DNA of 64,000 nt, taken from positions 1 through 64,000 of IMG/VR virus record IMGVR_UViG_3300007609_001696; one strand, 5' to 3'. The notes under the pieces were generated by a model, which saw only the letters and a program-made list of their open reading frames with translations, was not told the DNA's origin and did not search any database. The position numbers and the translations under genes were made by a program. Every line of letters begins with the position of its first letter. The first letter of the stretch is position 1. The DNA is from a virus. Positions 30,174 through 38,926 of this stretch are shown in pieces.

Positions 30174-30431
30174 TTGAGAGCAGTAACTGGTTAGTGTTTA
30201 ACGGCGGTAGCCGCCCCGGGCGTCTTTGCCCCAATGGTTTGTTATTTTTTTACCATCCTTGAATCGGAGGTAGCTGCTATAAGCATAAGACTTATGTCTA
30301 TACAAATCTGCCTCGTTGTAGCGATAGCCAAAACGAACACAGAACTTACGGAATTGATCAAGATCGCTAAAGATATTAGCTACTGCTTGCTTCATACACG
30401 TGTTTCCTTATTATTGAGTTACTGCTCTCAA
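30174..30431. repeat. Perfect 15-bp inverted repeat flanking a 65-aa gene
   Basis: TTGAGAGCAGTAACT (30174-30188) and AGTTACTGCTCTCAA (30417-30431). Confidence 0.9.
30198..30395 (-). CDS. Small basic/aromatic hypothetical protein
   Basis: AAGGA SD; 65 aa. Confidence 0.65.
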   Translation of the reverse strand: MKQAVANIFSDLDQFRKFCVRFGYRYNEADLYRHKSYAYSSYLRFKDGKKITNHWGKDARGGYRR

Positions 30432-30436
30432 AACTG

Positions 30437-30868
30437 TTAACATCCTACTTCTTCAGCGCCATTAAGCTCGTTGGTTACTGTCTCTTTAGGATAAAAAATT
30501 TCACAACCGTTTTCGTTGTCTTCTGCTACAGAAATTTTTACATCTCTGTTTGGGTATCTGGCTTTAATTTCCGCATACAAGTCGTCTGCAATCATTTCAC
30601 AGCTCTTGTAATCTAGATCAAGTACTGTGGTCGAATGGTCGACTTCTTCGTACAGTCGTTGCAACCAACGTTTGAACTGTATAAACTCGATGTCGCGATC
30701 GTTGTGAAATACTTCAATCCACACACGAAAATGAAAAATATGTCTGTGTGGATATCCTAAAAAGCTCACATCGTCCCAATCGCCTGTGGCAAGTTTAGGA
30801 TCTGTGTCCGCTCCGGGATATTTATGCACGCCTTCTTTGGTAAAAGAAACCCAAATGCTTCGATTCAT
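30437..30868 (-). CDS. Second QueD-like T-fold protein, DpdL-like (candidate CDG decarboxylase)
   Basis: LGYPHRHIF (LxxxHRHxF), RDIEF...K, SCE.IA, V.ED.ENG parallel the PTPS/QueD motif order. Confidence 0.65.
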   Translation of the reverse strand: MNRSIWVSFTKEGVHKYPGADTDPKLATGDWDDVSFLGYPHRHIFHFRVWIEVFHNDRDIEFIQFKRWLQRLYEEVDHSTTVLDLDYKSCEMIADDLYAEIKARYPNRDVKISVAEDNENGCEIFYPKETVTNELNGAEEVGC

Positions 30869-31368
30869 TTTAATACCTCGTCGTTTTTGTATTCTTGCCA
30901 GTCAGTGTATTTAGATCTATCCATTAAGTTGTGTAAATTATGACACCATACACCAGGATTAGTCGCCGCAAAATCCTTGTCATCCAACTTGATCATTGTG
31001 TTGTAATTCCACTGACTGATATAAGGTAATGGAATTCTCAACTGTGGAATAAAATTATTGTGTTCAATCAAACAACTTTCTAAAAAGTCTTCTGCTTGTG
31101 CAATAGGAATATCCAATGTACACAGTATACCCTTGTGCAAAAAATGTGTGATCATAACTTCCCATCTTTCCCACTCTGCGCCAGCTGGATTGAAGCTGTG
31201 ATTAGCGCCAAAGAAGATGTGTTCGCAATTGTGTTCAATGTACATTTGTTCAATGTCAGTTGTATCTTGTATTTCGGTTACAAACAGTGTACGACATCCA
31301 AACGCAGGTGTGCGTTCTACTTCGTATCCTATGAAGAAGTTGGTGTTTTCGTGTCCTTCACGATTCAT
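30865..31368 (-). CDS. Hypothetical protein of the deazaguanine cluster
   Basis: EVE.TPA...TLFV, HIFFGANHSF, TNPGVW; coupled to the DpdL-like gene. Confidence 0.65.
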   Translation of the reverse strand: MNREGHENTNFFIGYEVERTPAFGCRTLFVTEIQDTTDIEQMYIEHNCEHIFFGANHSFNPAGAEWERWEVMITHFLHKGILCTLDIPIAQAEDFLESCLIEHNNFIPQLRIPLPYISQWNYNTMIKLDDKDFAATNPGVWCHNLHNLMDRSKYTDWQEYKNDEVLK

Positions 31369-31579
31369 TTATTTCTGCCTTTAGTGTATTAATACGTTTT
31401 AGAGTACTCTCCATTTCGTCTTTGAGTGCAAGCTTGCGCTTTTTCAATTGCTGTACGTGTTCATCTTCGTCGTATTTCTTGTACTGTTCTACAATATATG
31501 CATTTAAATCATCGTGTTGTAGTTTAACACTTTCATAGTGGCCTGTCAACTTATCTACTTGATGTTCTATACTTGACAT
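31358..31579 (-). CDS. DUF465/YdcH-like coiled-coil protein
   Basis: H..L......LKK.KL.LKDE pattern; probable start MSSIE. Confidence 0.65.
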   Translation of the reverse strand: MSSIEHQVDKLTGHYESVKLQHDDLNAYIVEQYKKYDEDEHVQQLKKRKLALKDEMESTLKRINTLKAEINES

Positions 31580-31580
31580 A

Positions 31581-33038
31581 TTATTCCTCCTCAAATAAGG
31601 CACCAAATTGGGTGCTAGCATTTACAGTTTTCTTGCCGACGTTGAGTCTAGTGCCAATCACCTGCATCCAGAATTTGCTGTGCTGATCAATCAATTCCAA
31701 ACTTTTTTCTCTGTCTTGTAAACTGAAAATTTCGTCCACAAGATCTCTGTGTGTAATAGTTTCAAAACGTTCGTCAATCAGCATGTGAGGATATAGTCCA
31801 GAATCGTATTCTCTGTTGCTACGCTGTGTGCTTTCAATGTGCATCCACACATTGTGCGACATCTGTAGCGCATAACTAAAACTATCCCACGAAGTTTTGC
31901 CTTCCTTGCCTATTTTATTTAGATCACCTGGCTTGTATATACAGATATCTTGAATGCTCAAATGATCGCTAATAGGTGATTCCTCAAAACTAGGCAGTAT
32001 GCCCTCGTTGATCACTACATCACCGAACTTGCGACGGTCTGTTGCATATTTTTTATCATCGGCACTTGGACTCATCATGTAACTCCATTTGCCTCTATCT
32101 TCGATTCTAATATTGTGATATATCTGACCATTTGCAGTAGCAAGAAACGGACTAGCACAATCGTATGTGATCATAAAGTTTGGATTGTGATATTTGCGCA
32201 CTGCACGTTGTATGTCTGTTAGCAAACATGCCCACTCTAGTTTGCTAGTGCCTAGGAAATGCATCACATCATGCACGCCTTGTTCTAGCAAACCGTCGTG
32301 AATAAGATGTACAAGCCTGCGCAAGATCAAGTGTACATCGCACATGTTCTGACCACCCATTGCCCAGCCATCAAAGTGTGTTTCTGGGTACTTAGCAGGA
32401 TCACAATAGTCTTTGAATTCTTCATACCAACTGTCAGCATCAGCATGATTGCTGCCTTGTAACACATTCAGTACTTTGAAGTTGCCACGACGGTTAGCCA
32501 TATAGTATTGAGCATTGATGTGTGTTGCATCAACAGCATCTTGATAACTGTAAATACCACTGGCCGCGGCCGCTTTAGGATCTTGAAATGTCCAAGTAGG
32601 AATATCCAGCATCATACCGTAATCCATATACTCTTCCATCCACTCTACTACCAAGCGGCGTTTTTCGGCTGCCTTTGGGCAGTTGGGATTTTTCCAATCA
32701 CCTTCCCATAATCCTTTGGCAATCTGGAATCCGCCCGAATCGCCCAACAACCACGAATTTTCTCTGTCACGCTGGCGCACCATGTTTTCCTTGGCTATTT
32801 CTTTGGCGGTATCAAGGTTTGCATGACCTGCTGAATACAATGCCCACTTGTACTGGAATGCGCCTTCTTGTACATTTAGAAAGTTTAGTGCTTCAACGCT
32901 GCCGAGACCAGCTGGGACCCTTGCAGGATCTACATAGTTTTCTTCACGCTGTTTGCCAATGAAAGTGGCATAAAACCCGCTTATGCTAGGCAAAAACACA
33001 GCATAGTCTTGTTGTGTTGCTGTTAGGTTTTGATTCAT
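31581..33038 (-). CDS. TGT-fold guanine transglycosylase, probably DNA-acting (DpdA-like)
   Basis: DSGGFQ, MMLDIP, VLQG, GWAMGG, HFLG, YDCASP; no TGT zinc-binding motif seen; sits between the clamp gene and que genes. Confidence 0.8.
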   Translation of the reverse strand: MNQNLTATQQDYAVFLPSISGFYATFIGKQREENYVDPARVPAGLGSVEALNFLNVQEGAFQYKWALYSAGHANLDTAKEIAKENMVRQRDRENSWLLGDSGGFQIAKGLWEGDWKNPNCPKAAEKRRLVVEWMEEYMDYGMMLDIPTWTFQDPKAAAASGIYSYQDAVDATHINAQYYMANRRGNFKVLNVLQGSNHADADSWYEEFKDYCDPAKYPETHFDGWAMGGQNMCDVHLILRRLVHLIHDGLLEQGVHDVMHFLGTSKLEWACLLTDIQRAVRKYHNPNFMITYDCASPFLATANGQIYHNIRIEDRGKWSYMMSPSADDKKYATDRRKFGDVVINEGILPSFEESPISDHLSIQDICIYKPGDLNKIGKEGKTSWDSFSYALQMSHNVWMHIESTQRSNREYDSGLYPHMLIDERFETITHRDLVDEIFSLQDREKSLELIDQHSKFWMQVIGTRLNVGKKTVNASTQFGALFEEE

Positions 33039-33769
33039 TACTTGCTTTGTGCAGGCAGAATGTAGTTGTATTCAGCAATACCGCTGTCTACTGTGATCTG
33101 TGCAGCACCTGCATCTGAAAACTTGATGGTAGCATCACCCGGCAACTTAAGAATACTCAGCACCGGTGCTACAGGCCAGTTCCAGCCTTTGCCCAAGTCA
33201 CCGTTCACATCAGCTTCAAACACAAAGTTTCCAGCATGTGTGCTGTGATCGCCAAAGTAAAACTTCAAATCGGCGCCATCAGTTTTGGCTACAAATGTAG
33301 TTTCTTCAGAGTTGGCTTGTGCTTGAAAATGGAATCTTTGTACACTAGCAATGTTGGGTGTTACTTCAACATCCCACTGCACTCCTTTGAATTTCACAGT
33401 TTTGAGTTTTTCGTTGATGATTTCTGCACTCATAAAACGATAGTCGTTTTTAAAGTCTCCAGCAGTGTTTTCAAAATGCAAACCCACAGGCACATCTTCG
33501 CCGTTGCGTTCTTGTGTGTTCACAGAAATTTTAGCATTTTCTTTGTATTCTGGGATGTTCAGCAGAATGTTTAGTTTGTTGAGGTTAGGCATGCCAAATG
33601 TACCAACAAAATCCTCAACTGGTGTTTTGAACTTTCCTTGTACAATCACACTGCGGTCTTCGGCCATTGCATCGATGACAGTTTCTTTGTCGTTGCCTGT
33701 GACTTTGACAGTGTCGATAAATCCCAAACTGTGGGTGTGTTGTACTAGATCTAGTAGGAAATCATTCAT
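33038..33769 (-). CDS. Putative sliding clamp (gp45/PCNA-like)
   Basis: 243 aa with beta-alpha-beta pattern, C-terminal Y.YILP, near polB. Confidence 0.6.
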   Translation of the reverse strand: MNDFLLDLVQHTHSLGFIDTVKVTGNDKETVIDAMAEDRSVIVQGKFKTPVEDFVGTFGMPNLNKLNILLNIPEYKENAKISVNTQERNGEDVPVGLHFENTAGDFKNDYRFMSAEIINEKLKTVKFKGVQWDVEVTPNIASVQRFHFQAQANSEETTFVAKTDGADLKFYFGDHSTHAGNFVFEADVNGDLGKGWNWPVAPVLSILKLPGDATIKFSDAGAAQITVDSGIAEYNYILPAQSK

Positions 33770-33772
33770 TGA

Positions 33773-34711
33773 TTATTTCTCCGTGTTTCTTTGAATTTTT
33801 GCAAGAGTCTGTCCTGCTCGATTGTGCTCCAGTTTGCCGGGCTTTTGTATAATAGCATAACTAAAATTAGGATAATGATCTACAAGTTCAATTATACTGA
33901 ATCCTAATCCATCTGTCAAGGATTTTAGCCTGGTTTTGGTCATGTAGCACTTGAGATTTTGTTCTGCCAAGATACAACTTCCCTGTATCTCGCAATTGTT
34001 GTAGCTGAACGCCATGACGCCGCCCGGTCTCAGCAATTGGTAAAATGTTTTGAACAACTCCACCTGTACACTGTATGGCTTGAATTCAAAGTAGTTTAAC
34101 GCAAAGATAAAGCCAAATTGTTGTTGCGGCAGAATTGAGAAGTCATCGTTGTTGATCACATATGGCCGCATGCGTCTTTGATATTTTTCGTTGAATCTAT
34201 CCATCACTTCGTCCAGCAGTTCTTGATGCCGGTCTACTATGTACAAAGGGTCGCATCCTACCAAGTGCCGGGTCCACTCCTCCATACACGGATTAAGCTG
34301 AAGTCCAGGATAGGTCCAGTCTACATATGGTTTTATTTTTGCAGACAATTCTTTGGTGTACAGATCTGTGCCATACTGACTATTTTGATATCTAGTTTCG
34401 TCGGCATCGCCACTTTGGTAGTATTTTTCGTATGTGCGGTAACTGTCAATGAGATAGTCTTTTTCCAATTCTTTGATAAGATCGTCAAAGTCGTCGAGCA
34501 CATTTTTGCTGTAGTTTCTTATGTTAAAGTAGCTTTGCTCAATGTTTTTTAACTCTTGCTCTATATGATTCACAGAGATATTTAGACCTGGATTTTTAGA
34601 GGTGTGTAATTTTCTACTCAACCCATTGGCCATTTTGCGAATTTGACTCCAGTTTATATCTAAAAAGTCATCTCTTGCACTGATAATTTTGCTTAATTTA
34701 CGTTCTGCCAT
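33773..34711 (-). CDS. Class I SAM-dependent methyltransferase-like protein
   Basis: LP...FGFIFA.NYF, LLRPGG...F; probable start MAERK. Confidence 0.7.
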   Translation of the reverse strand: MAERKLSKIISARDDFLDINWSQIRKMANGLSRKLHTSKNPGLNISVNHIEQELKNIEQSYFNIRNYSKNVLDDFDDLIKELEKDYLIDSYRTYEKYYQSGDADETRYQNSQYGTDLYTKELSAKIKPYVDWTYPGLQLNPCMEEWTRHLVGCDPLYIVDRHQELLDEVMDRFNEKYQRRMRPYVINNDDFSILPQQQFGFIFALNYFEFKPYSVQVELFKTFYQLLRPGGVMAFSYNNCEIQGSCILAEQNLKCYMTKTRLKSLTDGLGFSIIELVDHYPNFSYAIIQKPGKLEHNRAGQTLAKIQRNTEK

Positions 34712-34712
34712 A

Positions 34713-35696
34713 TTAAAACTCAAACAAACTGTCAAAAGTTGTGCTAGTATCGGTCTTTTCTTTGAGATCCCAATCTAGTTCGCCTAATAGATTGTTGACT
34801 TTTGCATCAACAATTGTTTCTGTCATTAGGTCGTCATCAAACGGTAATTCTTTAAACCAATTTGGAATATGTAATTCGTCAATTGGGTATGCTACACTGG
34901 TATAGCCCATGGGATTGTGTTTGAGCTTGCACACAATTGTTTTTTGCCCATCCATTATTTCCATGGAATATTTGTCTCCGTTCATTTCACGCAGACTATT
35001 CCAATTGAGTGCTGCTCTGACGTGGCCCGGCATGTTCACTTTGCCTTTTCTTGCTAATTCATTGCGAAACTTGGTCAAGTTGTTTACACGTTTGGGTGTG
35101 CCTTTTTCCCAACTGGGCATTTGTTTAAATTCCAGTTTAAAGTCACGGATTCGCTCTGTAACATAATCTTCACCTAGATCCATCAGTGTATCCAACAAAA
35201 TACTGCTGAGAAAGTCTTGCATAAACTTTGGTGTGTCCGACCTTTTTAGGTCAAGGCCCATTGCTTTTACCTTGCCTGGCTTTCCGTCTATGTCTTTGCG
35301 CTCGCCTTCGTCATCATAAACCAGTAATGCATAGCGTTTCTTAGTGATAAACAATCCGCTTTCGGCCACAGCTTCTCGTCCACACTGCACAATTTCACCG
35401 TACTTTCTTGGACAAGCAAATGCACGTTTCATGAAGTCAGGAAAGCTCGCAGACACTTGTTCGCCAATTTGATCATACAATTGTACTACTGTGTCTTTGT
35501 CCCAGGTCATGGTGCCTGATTCAACTTCCTTGCGCACAGCCGGCCATGCACTAAAATAGCAGGAATCTGTGTTGTGTAAAAGAATATCATTGCCAAAAAA
35601 GAATGGATCGCCATCAGCAATACTTATATCGTAAACATAATCATCGTCGGTGTTAACAAGCTCTACAGATTTTACTCGTTCTCTGATAGTATCCAT
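34713..35696 (-). CDS. polB: DNA polymerase B, C-terminal fragment preceded by the split-intein C half
   Basis: ...VYDISI...ILLHN|TDSCYF, KKRY, K.MGL..KRSDTP; C-terminal FDSLFEF. Confidence 0.93.
   Translation of the reverse strand: MDTIRERVKSVELVNTDDDYVYDISIADGDPFFFGNDILLHNTDSCYFSAWPAVRKEVESGTMTWDKDTVVQLYDQIGEQVSASFPDFMKRAFACPRKYGEIVQCGREAVAESGLFITKKRYALLVYDDEGERKDIDGKPGKVKAMGLDLKRSDTPKFMQDFLSSILLDTLMDLGEDYVTERIRDFKLEFKQMPSWEKGTPKRVNNLTKFRNELARKGKVNMPGHVRAALNWNSLREMNGDKYSMEIMDGQKTIVCKLKHNPMGYTSVAYPIDELHIPNWFKELPFDDDLMTETIVDAKVNNLLGELDWDLKEKTDTSTTFDSLFEF
35571..35696 (-). mobile_element. Split intein C-fragment (42 aa)
   Basis: Block F VYDISI, block G LLHN, +1 Thr. Confidence 0.9.
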
Positions 35697-36628
35697 TTTT
35701 TGCATTCCTTTAAAATTTTATTGGGATTTTCTAAAAATTCACTTTCCCAAATAACTAAACATTTAATATTTCTTTCAGACAGTAAAAGTTTTATTTTTTG
35801 ACTATCTTCTTTCCATATATCACTGGCAACCTTGTTAACAACAGAATGGTAATAATTTTCAACAAAAAATTTAGGATTGCAGTGCCAGTAATCTCCATTA
35901 TATTCAATTGCTTTGTTGTTGTGCACTATATCATAAAAATTAGCTTTGTTATGGCCGTAGACGCAGTACTGTTTTGTATTGCACGAATAGTCTAAGCTAA
36001 ATCCTAAATATTTTTCTAATTCATCTACAAAAAATTTTTCTGTATTGCTAACATAATTTGTAGTATGTACTCTTTCCTGCAATATTATTACTGCCGTTTC
36101 TGTATCGCAATTATATCTTTTACAAATATTTTCTATAGAGTGTGATTTTTCTTTGCAGATTTCTTTATATTTTTTTGTACCTTGTTCTTTGCCATACTTT
36201 TCTACAAAATAATCTATGGTATTTGTGTATGCTTGTCGCTCGCAATAGTTTTGCCAGCGTATTGTGCCTTCCGCTTCTCCGTGTTTTTTGATTAGATTTT
36301 TCAGTGTAACTGCTCTACTTTTGTTAAAGTCTTCAAAATCTTTATCTGTCCAGCCGTATTTTTCTTTTTTATATTCATAAGAATTAGAATATGCCTGTTT
36401 TTGTTTATATGCCTGCCACCGCAGTTTTCCTTCTTCGACTCCGTGTTTTTTAATTAGATTAGATTCAGTGACGGCTGTATTTTTTGCTAAAGCGTCATCT
36501 ACAAGTTTTGCTTCCGGATAAACTTTTTTGTATTCTCTACCGTTTGCGAATCGTCCTGTGCAATTATATTTGAAATGTGTCCATTGCAATCTTGGGGCTT
36601 CAAAGCCGCATTCTAAACATTTAGGCAT
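35672..36628 (-). CDS. Free-standing homing endonuclease, Vsr-like/EDxHD type, with zinc finger and KxG.EEG repeats
   Basis: CLEC..H..C, repeats, S..E...YD...IEYNGDYWHCNP...D..K...IWE; very AT-rich. Confidence 0.85.
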   Translation of the reverse strand: MPKCLECGFEAPRLQWTHFKYNCTGRFANGREYKKVYPEAKLVDDALAKNTAVTESNLIKKHGVEEGKLRWQAYKQKQAYSNSYEYKKEKYGWTDKDFEDFNKSRAVTLKNLIKKHGEAEGTIRWQNYCERQAYTNTIDYFVEKYGKEQGTKKYKEICKEKSHSIENICKRYNCDTETAVIILQERVHTTNYVSNTEKFFVDELEKYLGFSLDYSCNTKQYCVYGHNKANFYDIVHNNKAIEYNGDYWHCNPKFFVENYYHSVVNKVASDIWKEDSQKIKLLLSERNIKCLVIWESEFLENPNKILKECKKWILSENE

Positions 36629-36630
36629 AT

Positions 36631-36665
36631 GGCGATACTCCTGTTGTCATAAACTATTTATCGCC
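36631..36665 (-). promoter_or_regulatory. Late promoter TAAATA plus a hairpin over the endonuclease initiation region
   Basis: GGCGATA...AGGAG-TATCGCC; TAAATA at 36655-36660. Confidence 0.65.
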
Positions 36666-37028
36666 TAGGACGGTAATTAATAAATCATTTGGTTGCAATT
36701 CAGTTGGTTTAACTTCACATGTAAAACCATCTCTGTCCACAATTAGACTATGATCTTCTGTTACGATAATTTGCTTTCCAGATTCGCTTGTAACTTTATA
36801 TTTTTTCTTTAAAGTTGAATGACGCATAACATACGAAATATTATAAAAGGAAGCCTGATCCTCATAACTATTGTAACCTAACACTTTATGATCATTGTTT
36901 TTAGAAGTAGGAATCGCGTATTCTTTGTTGTTATCTTGAATAACCCTATATTCGATGTTATTAAAAAGTTCTTCGATACTAATTTTGTTGCCGTTTGACA
37001 AAGTTATTAAAGTATTGCCAGTTACACT
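36654..37028 (-). mobile_element. Split intein N-fragment (124 aa)
   Basis: Block A SVTGNTLI directly after YGD, block B VTEDH, then stop. Confidence 0.9.
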
Positions 37029-38822
37029 ATCGCCATATATAACTGCATCGCCAACGTGATTGTATTCACCTACAATCAGTTCATTTGCATATGCATCCAT
37101 GTGCTTGGCAATTTGTCTGCCAGTGAGTGTAGTTGATTGACCAATGCGCTTATCAAAGAATCTACAACCAGGGTTAAGAATAGCACCATACAAACTGTTC
37201 AAGTTAATTTTCTTGACCAGCTGTCTCTTATCCCAAAACTCTCTGTCTTCTGGTGTTTGTGCGTCTTTCTTTTTCTTCTGCAACTCCTTGCGTTCTGCAT
37301 ACCAACGTTCTAGCAGCCCAGGCACAACACCTTGTATATCGTAGCGGAAGATAGTGCCATTTGCACTCAACACCCATGGTTCACTGCTGAGATAGATTAG
37401 TTTATAAATCTCTGCGCCTGTTAGTGTGTCCGATTCGCCGTTTTCCCAGTCTACTGTGATAGGATGAGTGGTGTCTTGTGACATAACATATCCGTATTCT
37501 CTACTGCCAAACTCCCCCTCCCAGGCCTCAGCAAAGCTCTTTTTCTTGGCCATTCTTGACTCAACCATTTCTTCTGTGTAGTCCTGTCGGAGCTGACCAA
37601 GAATGGTTTCGGGTGCCATGTTAAGAGCACGAATCACACTAGGATATAGACTGTTCAAGTCAATACTGCCAATCCATTTGTGCATGCCTTTTTTGGGATA
37701 TGCAACATAAGCACCAGCTGCGGCAGTATTTTCGCCGTGATCCTTGCGATTGGGCACCACCATGCCGCGTTCGTGTGCCTCGTTGATAATGGCTTGTTCA
37801 GTAACAGCAACTGCTCCCATGGTTGTTTGTAGCAACACTGTGTTGGCATGGGCTAGTTCATTTGCAAGGGCTAGAAATTTAAGTTTTTTGTCTAGCTTTC
37901 CTAGTAGAGCAGTATCTTGTCTGTTGTAGTCGATAAACTTTTCAAAATCGTGATTGTACAATTGATCAAGTGTACCTTCATAAGCAACTTTCTTTTCACT
38001 TAGTTCGTGCTCGCCTATGGCATCAAGGCTATAGCTGTGTCGTTCTTCGTAGGTGTATTTTCTGTACAGTTGCATATAGTCCATGTGCACTCTGCCTACT
38101 AGATCAAATGTTTCATTTTCAGCACCATATCTTTCAAAAGTGCGTTTTTTAGGAAACTGATTCCACAAACAAAACTGCCGAGTGTACTCCTTGCCCAGCA
38201 CTTTGGTAATGCGATTCACTGTGTACGGAATATCATATCCTTCGCTGTTCCACCCACTTAGCACATCAGCATCTTCGATCAGTGCTAAAAAAGTTTCCAG
38301 CATGTCTTCTTCGCGGTCAAACATAAAAGTATTGCCAAATTTCTCGGCAATCTGCTGTGCTTCTTGTGCATCTACAGTTTTTGGCGGAATAGCAAGAGTT
38401 ACCAATTGATCTAGCCAGTCTAGATAGACTGTAATAGCTGTGATTTTGTTGAAAGGATCACTGGGCGGCGAAAAGCCTTTGGTGGTATCAAAGTCAGCCT
38501 CAATATCAAAAAAAGCTGTTTGAAGTTCAGGGGCATCGTGGTTATAGTAATTGTTGGCAAGACATCTAAACACTGGATTGATATCACTCTCAAACAGTGC
38601 TTTTTGCCCATGAATTTTCAGTTCTTTGCGAAATTCTTTTTGTGATTTACAACGAACTTGTGTTACGGGATCTCCGTAGATACTGCGATGTTTGCCTTTG
38701 GGATCTGCATAGTAGAAAGTAAATTCTACTGGGTATTCACGAAACTCTCGTTGACCGCGAATGCGTTCCACAATGTGAATAGTGTCTCGATCTCTGTCAA
38801 ACAGAGCGTCAACATATGACAT
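36654..38822 (-). CDS. polB: DNA polymerase B, N-terminal fragment (3'-5' exonuclease + palm) ending in the split-intein N half
   Basis: DIE, GWNS..YD, YN..D, DLNSLYPS, K..LNSLYG, YGD|SVTGNT...TEDH. Confidence 0.95.
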   Translation of the reverse strand: MSYVDALFDRDRDTIHIVERIRGQREFREYPVEFTFYYADPKGKHRSIYGDPVTQVRCKSQKEFRKELKIHGQKALFESDINPVFRCLANNYYNHDAPELQTAFFDIEADFDTTKGFSPPSDPFNKITAITVYLDWLDQLVTLAIPPKTVDAQEAQQIAEKFGNTFMFDREEDMLETFLALIEDADVLSGWNSEGYDIPYTVNRITKVLGKEYTRQFCLWNQFPKKRTFERYGAENETFDLVGRVHMDYMQLYRKYTYEERHSYSLDAIGEHELSEKKVAYEGTLDQLYNHDFEKFIDYNRQDTALLGKLDKKLKFLALANELAHANTVLLQTTMGAVAVTEQAIINEAHERGMVVPNRKDHGENTAAAGAYVAYPKKGMHKWIGSIDLNSLYPSVIRALNMAPETILGQLRQDYTEEMVESRMAKKKSFAEAWEGEFGSREYGYVMSQDTTHPITVDWENGESDTLTGAEIYKLIYLSSEPWVLSANGTIFRYDIQGVVPGLLERWYAERKELQKKKKDAQTPEDREFWDKRQLVKKINLNSLYGAILNPGCRFFDKRIGQSTTLTGRQIAKHMDAYANELIVGEYNHVGDAVIYGDSVTGNTLITLSNGNKISIEELFNNIEYRVIQDNNKEYAIPTSKNNDHKVLGYNSYEDQASFYNISYVMRHSTLKKKYKVTSESGKQIIVTEDHSLIVDRDGFTCEVKPTELQPNDLLITVLGDK

Positions 38823-38891
38823 TTATTTCTCCTGCTGTTTATGGCCAAGCTACCTTTCTTCATGCCTAGGGGCGGCGAACCTTGTTACACT

Positions 38892-38923
38892 AATATATAG
38901 CACAAATATATAGCACAAATATA
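38892..38923. repeat. 13-bp tandem duplication upstream of polB
   Basis: AATATATAGCACA x2 plus a partial third copy. Confidence 0.85.
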
Positions 38924-38926
38924 ATG

